In this document: positions 1-19,331 of the stretch, piece by piece | Position numbering within the stretch: position 1 is the first letter of the stretch | How the letters are laid out: each line of letters starts with the position of its first letter | Assembly: GCF_009914755.1 (NCBI RefSeq) | Contig: NC_060938.1 | Length of the DNA stretch: 64,000 nt | Strand: one strand, 5' to 3' | Source: the human T2T-CHM13v2.0 reference genome, Homo sapiens | The notes under the pieces: model-generated | What the model was told of the DNA's origin: nothing | The model's input: only the letters and a program-made list of their open reading frames with translations | Databases searched by the model: none | Program-made: the position numbers and the translations under genes

Positions 1-63
1 GGAGGAAGGAAGGAAGAAAGGAAGGAAGGAAGGAAGGAAGGAAGGAAGGAAGGAAGAAAGAAA
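1..63 (+). repeat. (GGAA)n microsatellite, truncated by the window edge
   Basis: 3 GGAA, GAAA, 9 consecutive GGAA (20-55), then GAAA units. Confidence 0.95.
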
Positions 64-489
64 AAGGCCTTGGGCTTAGAAATCCAAGAGGTCAGGCCAA
101 TAACTGGAAATCCAAGATCCAAGAGGTCAGGCCAATTACTTACATGGGTTAGGAGGATGACAAAGAGCAAGTGACCCTCAGACACACAGTCCACAGGCTA
201 TAGGGAAGGGAGGACAGTGATCCAGTGATTAATGAAGCACCTGCCCCACTTCCAAGAGCAGTAACAGCCAAACAAAACACTTTTGTAGGCTGTGTTTGGA
301 GTTATCAGTCTGTAATCTCTGAGATAGTAATGAGGGTAAAATTCTGGAGGAAGGAGGAGAAGTCTCAGATGAAGCAGAGGAAGAGTTCAAAAGGAAGGAA
401 TGGGCCAGGTGCAGTGGCTCACACCTATAATACCAGCACACTGGAAGGCCGAGGCAGGAGCATCACAGGAGGCCAGGAGTTCTAGACTA

Positions 490-804
<315 letters not shown>

Positions 805-2042
805 TTAGGATGTTTTGTGATGTGTAACCTCTTGGCTCTTTCAGAAAACCTTTGGGAAAATAGACTTTTGGCACAGAGGCTTTGGGAGTCAGATTTGCGC
901 TTTGTTTGTGGTACATTGTTGCGTTGAGACTGGCTCCAAAAAGGCTCAATTACGTCTGAGTTGTGTTTAAGAATCTCCACCTAATTTAATGTCCCTTCTT
1001 CTGAGTCCAGATTACAATCTGGTTTCCCAGATGGGAAGAGTTACCATAAGTGAGCAATTCAGAGCTTGGGTCTTGGTGGCAGGCAGAACTGAGTTTGAAT
1101 TCTGGGTCTCAACTTATTTGCCCTAAACATTTCTGAACCCCATCTGCAAAGTGGGGATAAAACAGTACCCACTCAGCCTGGCCAACACAGTGAAACCCTG
1201 TCTCTACCAACAAATACAAAAAGTTGCTGGGCATGGTGGCGCACACCTGTAGTCCCAGCTACTTGGGAGGCTGAGGCAGAATTGCTTGAACCTGGGAGAC
1301 AGAGGTTGCAGGTGAGCCGAGATTGTGCCACTGCACTCCAGGCTGGGTGACAGAGTGAGACCCTATCTCAAAAAAAAAGAGAAAAAGAAAAGAAACAGTA
1401 CCCACCACATAGTGTTGTAGAGAGATTTAGATGAGAAAATGAAGATAACAGGCTCAGCCCAGTACCTAGCACATAGCATGCACTCAACGAAGAGTAACTC
1501 TTATTATTATCATTATATTATATACATTATTATTCTCATTTTTAATTATAAACCTACAGGAGAGAATATGATCAGTAAACAAAAGTAGCCAATCTTTTTT
1601 TTCTTTTTTGAGACAAGTTCTCACTCTGTCATCTGGGCTGGAGTGCAGTGGTACAATCATAGCTCTCTGTAGCCCGGAGCCCCTGGGCTCAAGTGATCCT
1701 CCCAATCCAGCTTCCCAAGTAGCAGGGACTACAGGCACGCACCACCATGCCCAGCCAATTTTTAAATTTTTTGTAGAGTTGGGGTCTCACTCTGTTGCCC
1801 AGGCTGGCCCACCACCGACCTCAAGCGATCCTCCTGCCTTGGCCTCCCAAAATGCTGGGATTCCAGGTGTGAGGCACCATGCCTGGCCCGTTTAAAAGTT
1901 GTATCTCCAGGCTGGGCATGGTGTTTCACACCTGTAATCCCAGCACTTGGGAGGCCAAGGCAGGTGGATCACAAGGTCAAGAGATGGAGACCATCCTGGC
2001 CAACACAGTGAAACCCTGTCTCTACTAAAAATACAAAAATTA

Positions 2043-2186
<144 letters not shown>

Positions 2187-2620
2187 TCAAAAAAAAAAAA
2201 AAAAAAAAAAAAAGTTGTATCTCTTATTAGTAAACAATGTAACGGCTCTCCCAGTTTTTAAGCATCAAGCTCTCATGAGTCTAGAAGTGTGTCACAGTAA
2301 TCATTGCTCTACCCATGTCTGGCATTTTACCCTGTATTGAGTACTTTACCCTTGATGCCGCTGGCACTCTGTGGAGAAGACGCATTATTCTCATAGCCTG
2401 TGAGCAGGAACCGCGTATTATCATTGTTTCCTCAGCCAATGCTTGTGGAATGAATAAATGAACGTCTGCTAAAGTGAGTCCCCGCTGCCTCCCAGTACCC
2501 TGCCATCCTCTGCTTTGTTCTGAAGGGAAGCCAGCAAATTACCTGAGTATGGTGATATTTTATTATTACAGGGGGAAACGTGATGCCAATGGATCTCTTA
2601 GTTTTGGTAAATATGAGTAA

Positions 2621-2942
<322 letters not shown>

Positions 2943-3380
2943 TGATCCACCCGCCTTGGCCTCCCGAAGTGCTGGGATTACAGGCGTGAGCCACTTCACC
3001 CGGCCTATATGTAGAGCTTGTATGACTAGTTGCTCTAAGGACCTTAGGAGTCCTCTGGAAGGAAAGGTTCCAATACTACCTTGTCTGATTCCTCCCCAAC
3101 TGAAACCAGAGCATTCTGTCGGAATGATTCTGGGTGGCTTTTGACTAAGACCTTGTAGCAGCATTGTGATTTCAACCTAGGGCTGCTGGAATAAAATTAC
3201 CGTGAGAGAGAGAGAGAGACAGATTTTCATTTATGATTCAAATTAAAGTAAAATGACAAACTAGGCTGGGCACGGTGGCTCACACCTGTAATCGCAGCAC
3301 ACTGGGAGGCTGAGGTAGATGGATCACTTGAGGTCAGGAGTTGGAGACCAGCCTGGCCAACATGGCAAAACCTGTCTCTA

Positions 3381-3614
<234 letters not shown>

Positions 3615-3727
3615 CTATAAACCAAACTGAAAACACTGGTTATCTTGTAGTGGGATGGCTGACCACTTTCACTTTCTACTTTAAACATTTGTGGTTTTGT
3701 TTGTTTGTTTGTTTGTTTGTTTTTTGA

Positions 3728-4455
<728 letters not shown>

Positions 4456-6026
4456 CTGTGTTTGAATTTTTTGCAGGAAAACCATACTACTGTCATAATC
4501 CAGAAGAACAAAGAGACCTCGTATTTCCACTTTGAAGAAAAGGAAGAAAAGGGCTGGGTGCAGTGGCTCATGCCTGTAATGTCAGCACTTTGAAGGCTGA
4601 AGCAGGTGGATCACCTGAGGTCAGGAGTTTGAGACCAGCCTGGCCAACATGGTGAAACCCCATCTCTACCAAAAATACAAAAATTAGCCAGGCGTGGTGG
4701 CGGGCGCCTCTAGTCCCAGCTACTCAGGAGGCTGAGGCAGGAGAATTGCCATGCCGAGATCACACCACTGCGTTCCAGCCTAGGCGACAGAGTGAGACTC
4801 CATCTCAAAAAAAAAAAAAAAAGAGGAAACGGATGCAACTTAGCAAATGAGCACTCTAGGTGAGCCAAAAAGGAGTTTATTTAATGCATGTTGCCTAAGT
4901 TAAAGTGAGTGAAGACAGAAGACAGGAAAGCGGCAAGAAAGGAAGTAAGGAGAGGGTACGAAGGCAGGCTGCTCCCCCAGTGGCAGGAGGAAGGGCAGCA
5001 GGGACGGGGCCCTGGGTCAGGGAGGCAGCCCTCTGGGACACGCTGGAGTCCTGAGGGAGCACCTGGGGATGAGTGCCAACTCCTGGCTGGTTTGGGGCTA
5101 ATTAGGTTAGAGGTGGGGAATGGAGGATCAGCTGTTTTGATAACTAGCCCCAACTTATACCTCGTCCTTACACTGCAAACTGTGCCCACAGCTTCTGCCT
5201 TCATTTGCTAAGTATATCTGACTGGCTCTGTGCAGGGAAACAAGATTTTTGGCTGTAGGTGGGAGATTTAGAATCAGGGTTCAGACACGAAGGGCCTGAG
5301 AAAGATGGTAGTAGGCAGAGCTAGCTCTTCCTGCCTGCCATTCAATCCAGGAAATGCGTGGTGGGTCTAGCAGGCTCCAAGCACAGGGCTGTGGTGCTTC
5401 ATGCTGGGCATTCAGAGGCAGGAGAACAGGCCTCTCTCTGAAGGGGCTCTCAGCGGGCAGGAAGCAAGGGCGCCTGCTGAAGAGCCCTGGCCCAGGGAGC
5501 ACGTGGGCACCACACAGCTCTTGCTCCCCGGGTCACCTCGGGCCCATGATTTAGCCCCTCTCTTCTCCTTTGCCACATCTGTAAAACGAGGATGACAGCA
5601 GCGCCTGGCGTTGAGGGTTACTGTGAGACCACATGAGGTAATCCCTGTGGAGCCTTCAGCTGGCGTTAAGGGCTCAATAGATGTTAGCGATTGTTCTGCA
5701 CAAAAGTGCTTCAGGAACCAGCAAGGAGCCGCTGTTAACTCTCACAGGGGCTGGAGCAAGCCACAAAGAAGCTGTTACGTGAGTCTTTATGGAGGAGTCA
5801 AGGTTTGTTTGATTGATGGACAAAGGTGGGTGGTTAATTGTCAGCAAAAGAGAGGCACAAGAATTGCTTGAACCCAGGAGGCGGAGGTTACAGTGAGCCA
5901 AGATCGTGCCAGTGCACTCCAGCCTGGGTGACACAGCCAGACTCCGTATCAAAAAAAAAAAAAAGAGGAGGCAGGGAATCTATGGTGTGTTTGGTGTGGC
6001 AAACAGTGTGGCAGTGGAGGATGACA

Positions 6027-6180
6027 GTGTGTGTGTGTGTGTGTGTGTGTAGCAGAGCGGGTGGGAGAGGGGTTGCAGAATTCAAACGTGTGTGTGTGCA
6101 CTTTATGTAGCAGAGATGACGTGTATGTGTGTGTGTAACAGGTGGTGGACAGAGGTCTGTGTGTAACAGGTGGTGGAGGG

Positions 6181-6222
<42 letters not shown>
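6027..6222. repeat. Compound (TG)n microsatellite region
   Basis: Several TG tracts (longest about 6184-6222) plus a duplicated tgtgtgtaacaggtggtgga unit. Confidence 0.9.
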
Positions 6223-6226
<4 letters not shown>

Positions 6227-7079
6227 GAAGCTGGCTCTGAGCCATCCTGGAGATATAGGCTGGCTTAAACCTGGAAGGGCCTCCTGGCTGGCCCTGGGAT
6301 AACATAAAGCAGGCTAAGGGACTTAAAGGCATGTGGGAACGCAGGGAGCTTGGGAGGTTTTGCTCTTTGCTTTTGAGGTTTCTAAGCCAGGAACAACAGG
6401 ATCAGATCTGTGTTCTGGAAAGCAGGTTCTGGAAGAGGTGCAGGAGAGTAGCAAAGAGCCTCTGGCTGTTGTCTCCCGACTGGTCACTAGAGGGAGGCCT
6501 GGGCTCAGAAGTGACACCACACCCACCTATTGTTGAGGGGCTGGCTGCTAGTCTTGGGCTGTGAAGAGGCATGCAGCCCCTGCATACACTTGCTAGATTA
6601 CAGGTAAGAGGAGGAAGGAAAGGAACACCCCGATGTACTGTGGAGACCTAGACCTCTGTGCGTCATCTCCTTTCCAGGAGGTGAGGCCTCCTTCTCCTCC
6701 TGCCCTGCCTCAGACCCACACCATGAGTGTGGACACTCCACAGCCCAGCCTGCAGGGCTAAGCTTTGGCCAGTTCCCACCAAGAGCTGCCCTGGGCTTGG
6801 GGGTGTGTACACAGGCGGGAGGATGAACTTGAGGATGAGGCTGCAGAGGCTGAGAAGCAGGCTCGGGGCCACTTGGGAAGAGGATGTTGGGGTCCTGGGT
6901 CCTCAGAGCGCAAGGGGGCCAAGGTCTCTGGGCAGGCACTTCCCTTGGGCTGATAGGGAGGGCTAGAGCAAAGGAGAGCGTCTCTTAAGGATGTGTTCTC
7001 TCACTCAGACCTCGAGCAAAAGAATCTTGTAGTATTTCTGCCTTCACAGGCTACATCCCGCACAAAGCCGAGCAGTTAG

Positions 7080-7286
<207 letters not shown>

Positions 7287-7484
7287 TAGTAGAGATGGGG
7301 TTTCTCCATGTTGGTTAGGCTGGTCTCGAACTCCTGACCTCAGGTGATCTGCTTGCCTCGGCCTCTCAAAGTGCTGGGATTACAGGCATGAGCCACCGCG
7401 CCCAGCAGGAATGGCTTCTCTTTCTCCAACTCTGGACCAGCTTCTTGTATGAGAGCCCAGTTACTTTTCCTTTATCGAGGTCTC

Positions 7485-7961
7485 TGTGGTTTTAAGAAAG
7501 ATCTGCAAGTTCTTTGCTGCTCTCCTGAAGATGGGGAGCCTAATTCTTCTCCTGGGGTAGACTCAGAGACTGGCTTCTAAAAACATAAAGCAAAAGTGAT
7601 GGTGTGCAACTGCAGAAACTAGGTCACAAAAGGCACTGGAACTTCCTGTTCTTTCTTACTTGGATCATTGCTCAGGGAAGACCCTTGCCATGTCATGAGG
7701 ACATGCAGCAGCTCTGTGGAGATGCCCACGCGTGTGGAACTGAGGCCTTCTGCCCTCAGCCAGGTTGGAAGCCGATGCCCCAGCCGCATCAAGCTTCAGA
7801 CAACTGCGGCCTGGACCAACGTCCTGCCTGTAACCTCCTGAGCCTCCCTGAGCCTCACCAACCACTCAGGCAAGCTGCTCCCAGAGGCACTGTGTGAGAA
7901 CATAAAGATTCATCGTTTTAAGTAAATGTGGCCATATTTCCAGCAATAAACAACTGATACA
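7485..7961 (+). mobile_element. MaLR LTR (MLT1-type)
   Basis: TG...CA ends; 3' end gcaataaacaactgataca and internal motifs typical of MLT1. Confidence 0.65.
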
Positions 7962-8219
7962 GGCTTCAAGAGGACACTCTCTTATTTTTTCCTGGGTTTT
8001 GCAGCCAAGAAATAAAACAAAAAGTAAATATGGAAGGTGAAATAGCACTTTCATTAGTGATAAGAGGCCAAATTGCAGGATGTGACTTAAGCCAATTGAG
8101 CCTGACAATCCCAAACCCCAGAATTTAGGTGGATACCCACACAGACCCAAGGAACACTGGGTGGAGCAGAGACCTCCCCTTGCAGAGTAGAAGCATGAAG
8201 AAGGGGAGAAAACTTCTCA

Positions 8220-8717
<498 letters not shown>

Positions 8718-8930
8718 TCATTAAGCTTCCTTTGCAGGAAGGAAACATCAGAAATGAGGAAGACGGTTCCCCCGTCATATCCTTTCCTTACATCAGTGGT
8801 CCTGTCCTCTGCCCATGACATCTTTCTTCCTTGTGGGGTCAGTGACCAGATGACTTCTGCATCCCTGGTGTTTTTCTGATCGTCTTATTCTTCTGCCTGT
8901 CCCTACTGTGTCCTGGGAACTCTCTGTTAA

Positions 8931-9407
<477 letters not shown>

Positions 9408-10049
9408 TCATCCATGCGGATGGAACAAACCAACTTTGCAAGAATGTTGTATGAGTGTGAAATCTTCACTTAAAAAAACAAAACAAAACAAAACAAATAC
9501 TTTCTAAGGGAGGATCCTTTTGTTTTATGGGTGGGAATGTGGTTCTGGAATTTACTTAATGTCCAGCAAGAAGAGGCAGTGAGCCAGCAGAAAATGAAAA
9601 ACCTGCCATCCATTTTGATAGCTTGGTGATAATATATACATCTTCTGCATATGTATAGCTATTTCAAAGGCTGATTACATTTATTTCCTGTAAAATGGGA
9701 ATCCAGTGAAATAGCTATACTTTCTTCTGCTGCTCTTTAAAATTCATGCTTCTCACCCACTGAATCACTAGTCAATGTCGTTGCATCTCCACCCTTGGAT
9801 ATTCCAATCCTCTCTTCTTCACAGTTGATTTGAAAAACAAAAAGCTTGCTATGAGTTAGTATTCAAGGCTGGTAGCCTTTAGGTCATCTTTGATATTTCT
9901 ATCTAAATTATGTGTCTACAAAATCCTCATCATTCTTGCTTTTCTCTCTTAGATTCACTCTTCCACTTATTTTTTTCTTCAAATTTACACAAGGAAAACC
10001 TGAACGCAAAGTACAGAATTGCATAGAGTAAAAAGTGAGAGGTGCCCAT

Positions 10050-10511
10050 GACAGTTGTTTGTTTCATGGCTACAGATTCTCCCTATCCCAATCCATAGGC
10101 CCTTTGGCAACGTAGCTGTGCCATGCATGTCACCAAGAGTTTCAGTCTGTTTCCTCATCCCTTGAAACCGGGCTAACTTCTGACTTGCCTTGAACAGCAG
10201 AGCATGACAGACATGATATTGTTGAGTTCTAGAGCCTCGGCCTTCAGGACTCCTGCTGCTTCTGCTTTGGTGGTCTTGGACTGCTGTCCTGGGACACCAC
10301 AGAAGCCACTCTAGCCTCCTGGGTGATGAGAGGCCATGTGGGCACCTGGGGAAGCCCAGCTGGCAGCCAGCACTAGGTGAATGCAGCTGCATCAGTGAGT
10401 TCAGGGGAACCTAGTCGAGGAGCTACCAAGCCAACCCACAGAATCAGGAAAAATAACAAGTTATTGTTCTAAGACTCTAAGTTTGTCATGCAGCAAAGGA
10501 CAACTGAAACT
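10050..10511 (+). mobile_element. MaLR LTR (MLT1-type), degenerate
   Basis: 3' end ccacagaatc...aagtttgtcatgcagcaaaggacaactgaaac is typical of MLT1. Confidence 0.6.
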
Positions 10512-10576
10512 GTCACCATCACCTCTCTGTTGATCCCACTCTTCTTAGACCTTTTTCTTTTTTTAAATTTAATTAA

Positions 10577-10924
<348 letters not shown>

Positions 10925-11752
10925 TAAAGTTAAAAAAATCTTAGGAGGCTGAGGCAGGCAGATTGCCTGAGCTCAGGAGTTCACGACCAGCCTGGGCAAC
11001 ATGGTGAAACCCTGTCTCTAGTAAAATACAAAAAATTAGCTGGGCGTGGCGGCGTGTGCCTGTAGTCCCAGCTACTTGGGAGGCTGAGGCAGGAGAATTG
11101 CTTGAACCCGGGAGTGGAGGTTGCAGTGAGCCGAGACTGCACCTCTGCACTCCAGCCTGGGCAACACAGCAAGACTCCATCTCAGGAAAAAAAAAAAATC
11201 GGTGGGATCACACTTTACATACTGACATATTTTCACATGATACACATGGATTGCATAATTCTTTTAAACCCCATAGAGTCCATCATTATACAGATGAGCC
11301 ACAGTGTATTTAGCTAGTTCCTGTTAACGGACATTTAGGCAATTTCTATTTTTTCACTACTATAAACAGTGTTGCAATAAATGATCTTGTGCTTTCAAGT
11401 TTCTCTTCTCTGATCCATCCTGTTTACCACTGCCTGGGTTAAGGGAGGGGCAGAAACAGAATATCAGTAGGCACTTGGGGGCTTCTGGATAATTACTGCA
11501 GGGATTTGGTCCTTGTACCTGACCCCTAGAGGCTAACCTCTGCTCTCAAGAAAACAGAGATTTGTGCACCGCTGGCCACCACTGCTCCTCTCCCTCATTA
11601 CCATCCTCTTGGGCATGATTAAAGGATTGGAGATGACACACAAAGATTTGTAAAGGAAGACGGAGCTACAGTTGCATATTAGGGATGCTGAAGAAGCACA
11701 GGGACCCCAGCAGCCTTCGTGGTGTGGGCCTATTTAAGAGGGTCTGCACTCA

Positions 11753-12134
<382 letters not shown>

Positions 12135-12725
12135 CTAATTGGCCGAGGTGTTGTAGGAAAGGATATGGGGGAGTGTGGGTGTCTATGATGAGAGGAGGGT
12201 GCAGGGAATGGGCTTTGCATCTTGCAGAGGGATTTCTGCCAGAGGTGAGTGTGGGCACGTCACGGGGGCTGCTGACGGGGTGCTGTATGTGCCTGAGTGT
12301 GGATGTGACCAAACTTGGGGATATGTTGCTGTTAAATGAAGCGAGGCATTACCATGGCAACATAGCTCTCTGCTCCCAGCCAGATGCCAAGCCCTTAAAT
12401 TATATTTTTCCGGCTGAAAGCACCTCAATTGCCTCTGGTCTCCAAAGCAATGGGACCGTGGGAGCACCAGATGCCTCACCGTTGTCTCCAACCTTTCGAC
12501 AAAGCCCAAGAGGCGATAAGCAGGGGAGATGGCACAGGGGGCACGGGTGAATTTTGTTTGTTGGGGGGGGGGTGCCTGGGAGTAGTGTCTGGTGAAGGGG
12601 GCTGGAGAGAGCCACCGACACACTCTACTTTTATCATCTCCTGGTCCAGTCACCTAGCACTTCATTCCAGAAGTAAAATGTGTATAATAACACCATTAGA
12701 GTTGCCAGTAATTTCTTCCACTAGA

Positions 12726-13692
12726 TGAAGGGGTGGGTTGCCCCTCCACACCTGTGGGTGTTTCTCGTTAGGTGGAACGAAAGACTTGGAAAAGAAAGAG
12801 ACACAGAGACGAAGTATAGAGAAAGAAAAAAGGGGGCCCAGGGGACCGGCGTTCAGCATAGGGAGGATCCCGCCAGCCTCTGAGTTCCCTTAGTATTTAT
12901 TGATCATTCTTGGGTGTTTCTCGGAGAGGGGGAGGTGACAGGGTCATAGGATAATAGTGGAGAGAAGGTCAGCAGATAAACACGTGAACAAGGTCTCTGC
13001 ATCATAGACAAGGTAAAGAATTAAGTGCTGTGCTTTAGGTATGCATACACATAAACATCTCAATGCCTTACAGAGCAGTATTGTTGCCCGCATGTCCCAC
13101 CTCCAGCCCTAAGGCGGTTTTCCTCTATCTCAGTAGATGGAACATACAATCGGGTTTTATACCGAGACATTCCATTGCCCAGGGACGAGCAGGAGACAGA
13201 TGCCTTCCTCTTGTCTCAACTGCAAAGACACATTCCTTCCTCTTATACTAATCCTCCTCAGCACAGACCCTTTACGGGTGTCGGGCTGGGGGACGGTCAG
13301 GTCTTTCCCTTCCCACGAGGCCATATTTCAGACTATCACATGGGGAGAAACCTTGGACAATACCTGGCTTTCCTAGGCAGAGGTCCCTGCGGCCTTCCGC
13401 AGTGTTTGTGTCCCTGGGTACTTGAGATTAGGGAGCGGTGATGACTCTTAAGGAGCATGCTGCCTTCAAGCATCTGTTTAACAAAGCACATCTTGCACAG
13501 CCCTTAATCCATTTAACCCTGAGTTGACACAGCACATGTTTCAGAGAGCACGGGGTTGGGGGTAAGGTCATAGATTAACAGAGTCTCAAGGCAGAAGAAT
13601 TTGTCTTAGTACAGAACAAAATGGAGTCTCCTACGTCTACTTCTTTCTACACAGACACAGTAACAATCTGATCTCTCTTTCTTTTCCCCACA
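12726..13692 (-). mobile_element. Full-length HERV-K(HML-2) solo LTR, LTR5 family (LTR5B-like or old LTR5_Hs)
   Basis: 967 bp; minus strand starts TGTGGGGAAAAGAAAGAGAGATCAG and ends GGGGCAACCCACCCCTTCA; no PBS or internal sequence adjacent. Confidence 0.95.
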
Positions 13693-16015
13693 CTAATTAC
13701 TTCCTTTCCATCCATCCATTGTTCTTTGTTTGGTTTTGAAGAGTTAAGTCCTCTGTATCATCAGGGCCACAGGTAACTGATCTGGGGTAGACAACTAATC
13801 CAAAAAATGCCAAGCTGATTTTCTTTGAGCAATCGGGATTTAGGGCATCTATATGCAAGCAACCTGGAAAACTGGGGACTGAAGGTGCCATTTAGGGGCA
13901 TCACTGTGCAAGTAAAATTAACAAAGAGGGTTGCAATAAGAAGGAAGCAGACAGGCAGAAAAAAACCAAGAGGGAGGGAGAGTGGGGGAGAGTGGAATAT
14001 GGCAGCTGCTGTGAGTCCTGATGTTTTTACCAATTCTAGTTCCCAGTGAGGCTTGGCTGCACTTCCTACCCTTGGTTGTTTTTTGTAATTTAGTGGGTTT
14101 GTGTCTTGTAGTGGAATGATCCCTGATTAAGGCATTAGAGTATTTGGGTTAGGTTTGGCTTGTGATGCTAGCAGTGCCTTTTGGAGCCACATCCCCACTC
14201 AGGATAAACAGTGAATTCCTAGAAAAAAGACTGCTTGCATATGTGTAAATGCTTAAAAAGATGCTGTCCCCCTTCTCCAGCCAACTATTTGCAAAGGACT
14301 TCTGTGATATACAACAACACATTAACAGTATGATAAAATGTTCTTCATTCAACAATATTTAATTGAGCAGCTACTATGTACCAAGAACAATTCTAGGTGT
14401 CAGGGAAATAGCCCAGAACAAGACAGAAAAAAAAAAGAAAAAAGCCTGCTTTTCTTTGGAGGACACAAATAATAAAGAGTAAAAAAAGATATAATAGCAG
14501 ATAGTGCTAAGGGCTATGAACAAAATAAATGATTTTTATCATGTGAGTCATACAGAATCATAAACTATTAAGGCTAAAAAGGTCTTCAAGATTTTCCAGA
14601 TGCTCTTATTCCCACAAGACCAATGAAACAATAGAGGAGATAATAAACGGCCTTAAGCCAAATAGGAGGGTAGTGAAGCTAAGTCTAGCTCCTTCTTCGT
14701 CCGCTTTTATGTCACTTCCTACAGGAAGCCTGTCATTGCCATTTCTAGGTTAAATGCCCCTCCCACTACACCTTGTACTTGGCCCATGGGAGCATACTTT
14801 TATGGCAACCCTACTTATGTAGGTGTTTTTCCCACTCATGGAAGGACCCGAGGGCAGAAACAATGCCTGTTACATTCACCTAACACAGTGACTCACTTCA
14901 CAGATGCTCAGTAGTTGCTGGATGAATAACAAGGGCTTGACACCTAACTGACAGCAGCAATACTGATGTTTATTTCACTCCCTTAGGCAATTCTTACACT
15001 ACGTGACCTTCCAAAGGCAAAAAGAGTTGGTTAATAACACAGACATAGCATCACTGTCTTCAAAGACAGAGAAAAATCTTCCATAGCCAGAAACACGGTT
15101 TGTTCACGCTTTTCCTGTTGTTGAGCTTGGTGCCCTTCTGCTGAGCCCCTGTTAAAAATGAAGATATAAAGCCTGTAGGTCCAGTATCCAGTGGCTCTCA
15201 GGAAGTGCTTGATTATTGTGGATGAGAGCGGACGGAAGCAGACAGCCACTGGTGGCCACACTTGTAGGCCTACGCTCACTTTGGGGGATAGGACAATTAA
15301 TACCTAACAAGAAAAGGGAATACACAGTGTACATGTGCACAAATACCTCTCAGTGTGCCAAAAACGGCAGATTCCACCACTCCTCCCTTGTGCCATTGCC
15401 ACAGAGAAAACAGAAATAATACACCATGGGGCCCTGTGGATATCAATGCTATCTGCTAGCTATGTCCCTAGGAGAATACAGTAATCTTTTTCAGAGGACT
15501 ATAGCCCTCACAAGTGGCTCAACCTTAAGGTTGACTGTCTATTGCCTTAGCAACCAAAGCCTCCTATTTTTATTGGGGTTCCTGAGCACAGCAATGTACA
15601 TGAATTTAGGATATAGAAAAACAAGGGGCTGCTTCTCTTGCCTGAATAGGTACAATCGAACATTCTCTGGCCAGCCCATGGTGAATCCAACTCAGAGACC
15701 AGAACTAGTGTTTATGACGGCCGCCAAAATCAGCTGCTTTTCCCGTGATTTAACACACTACCAGATCTTATTTATAACAACACAAAAACTTTCAGAGAAT
15801 TTGGAGAAAGATACATTTCCTCAAATTTTTATTACTGCATATGATTCTTTAAAGTTTGCTATATATAACTTAAATAATTTAAAAATATATAAGTGGCCGG
15901 GCGCCGTGGCTCATACCTGTAATCCCAGCACTTTGGGAGGCTGAGGCGGGCGGATCACTTGAGGTCGGGAGTTCGAGAGCAGCCTGGCCAAAATGGTGAA
16001 ACCCTGTCTCTACTA

Positions 16016-16437
<422 letters not shown>

Positions 16438-16632
16438 TCAGGAGGCTGAGGCAAGAGAATCAGTTGAACCCAGGAGGCAGAGGTTGCAGTGAGCCGAGAT
16501 CATACCACTGCATTCCAGCCTGTGCAAAAGAGTGAGACCCTGTCTCATAAATAAATAAATAAATAAATGTAAATTTTAAAAAATTTTAAAAAAATCTAAG
16601 GCCAAAAATCACATAGTAGAAAGTACCTTCTA

Positions 16633-17013
<381 letters not shown>

Positions 17014-17050
17014 TCAAAAAAAAAGAAAGACTTGTTTAGTTTTTACATAT

Positions 17051-17055
<5 letters not shown>

Positions 17056-17092
<37 letters not shown>
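17056..17092. repeat. (TA)n microsatellite
   Basis: About 18 uninterrupted TA units. Confidence 0.95.
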
Positions 17093-17095
<3 letters not shown>

Positions 17096-17099
17096 CATA

Positions 17100-18576
<1,477 letters not shown>

Positions 18577-19022
18577 TCAAAAAAAAAAAAAAAAGTAGAA
18601 TAATGTGAGTGAAAGACAGTCAAGAGATAATGTAATTAATTTTGCCAAATAAATGGGTACAAATACACATCTATTGCTTTAATTTGCATTTCTATCTGCT
18701 AGTGAGGTTAGCATCTTTTTAGATGTTTATTGGCTATTTGTATTGTTTTCTTCAGAGAAGTTTCAGTTTTGCTTTGTTCTCCTTTAGTTTTACTTGGTTA
18801 ACACTTCATTTCCTTACCAAAAATCTTGCTGCTCATGGGGTAACTTTTGTTTGCTGTTTATCCAACCTCTGTAAGATTAACTTCTCATTTTAGAAATATA
18901 GTATTGCAGAAGTGGTAGGCAACACAAGAATTACTTGGCAAGCTCCTTATAGATGAGATAACTGGGGCCCAAAAAGGTTCACTGAGGCTCAGCTGAAGAT
19001 TTAGTCAAGGTCACACAGCTAA

Positions 19023-19331
<309 letters not shown>

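Noticed and set aside
15243-15260. CTCF-like motif CAGCCACTGGTGGCCAC
   Set aside because: Needs a gap or several core mismatches to fit the consensus
15426-15944. Longest ORF in the track (172 aa) with a good Kozak context (CACCATGG)
   Set aside because: No recognisable domain, no evident promoter or splice structure, and it terminates inside an Alu; most likely a chance ORF unless Ribo-seq or conservation shows otherwise
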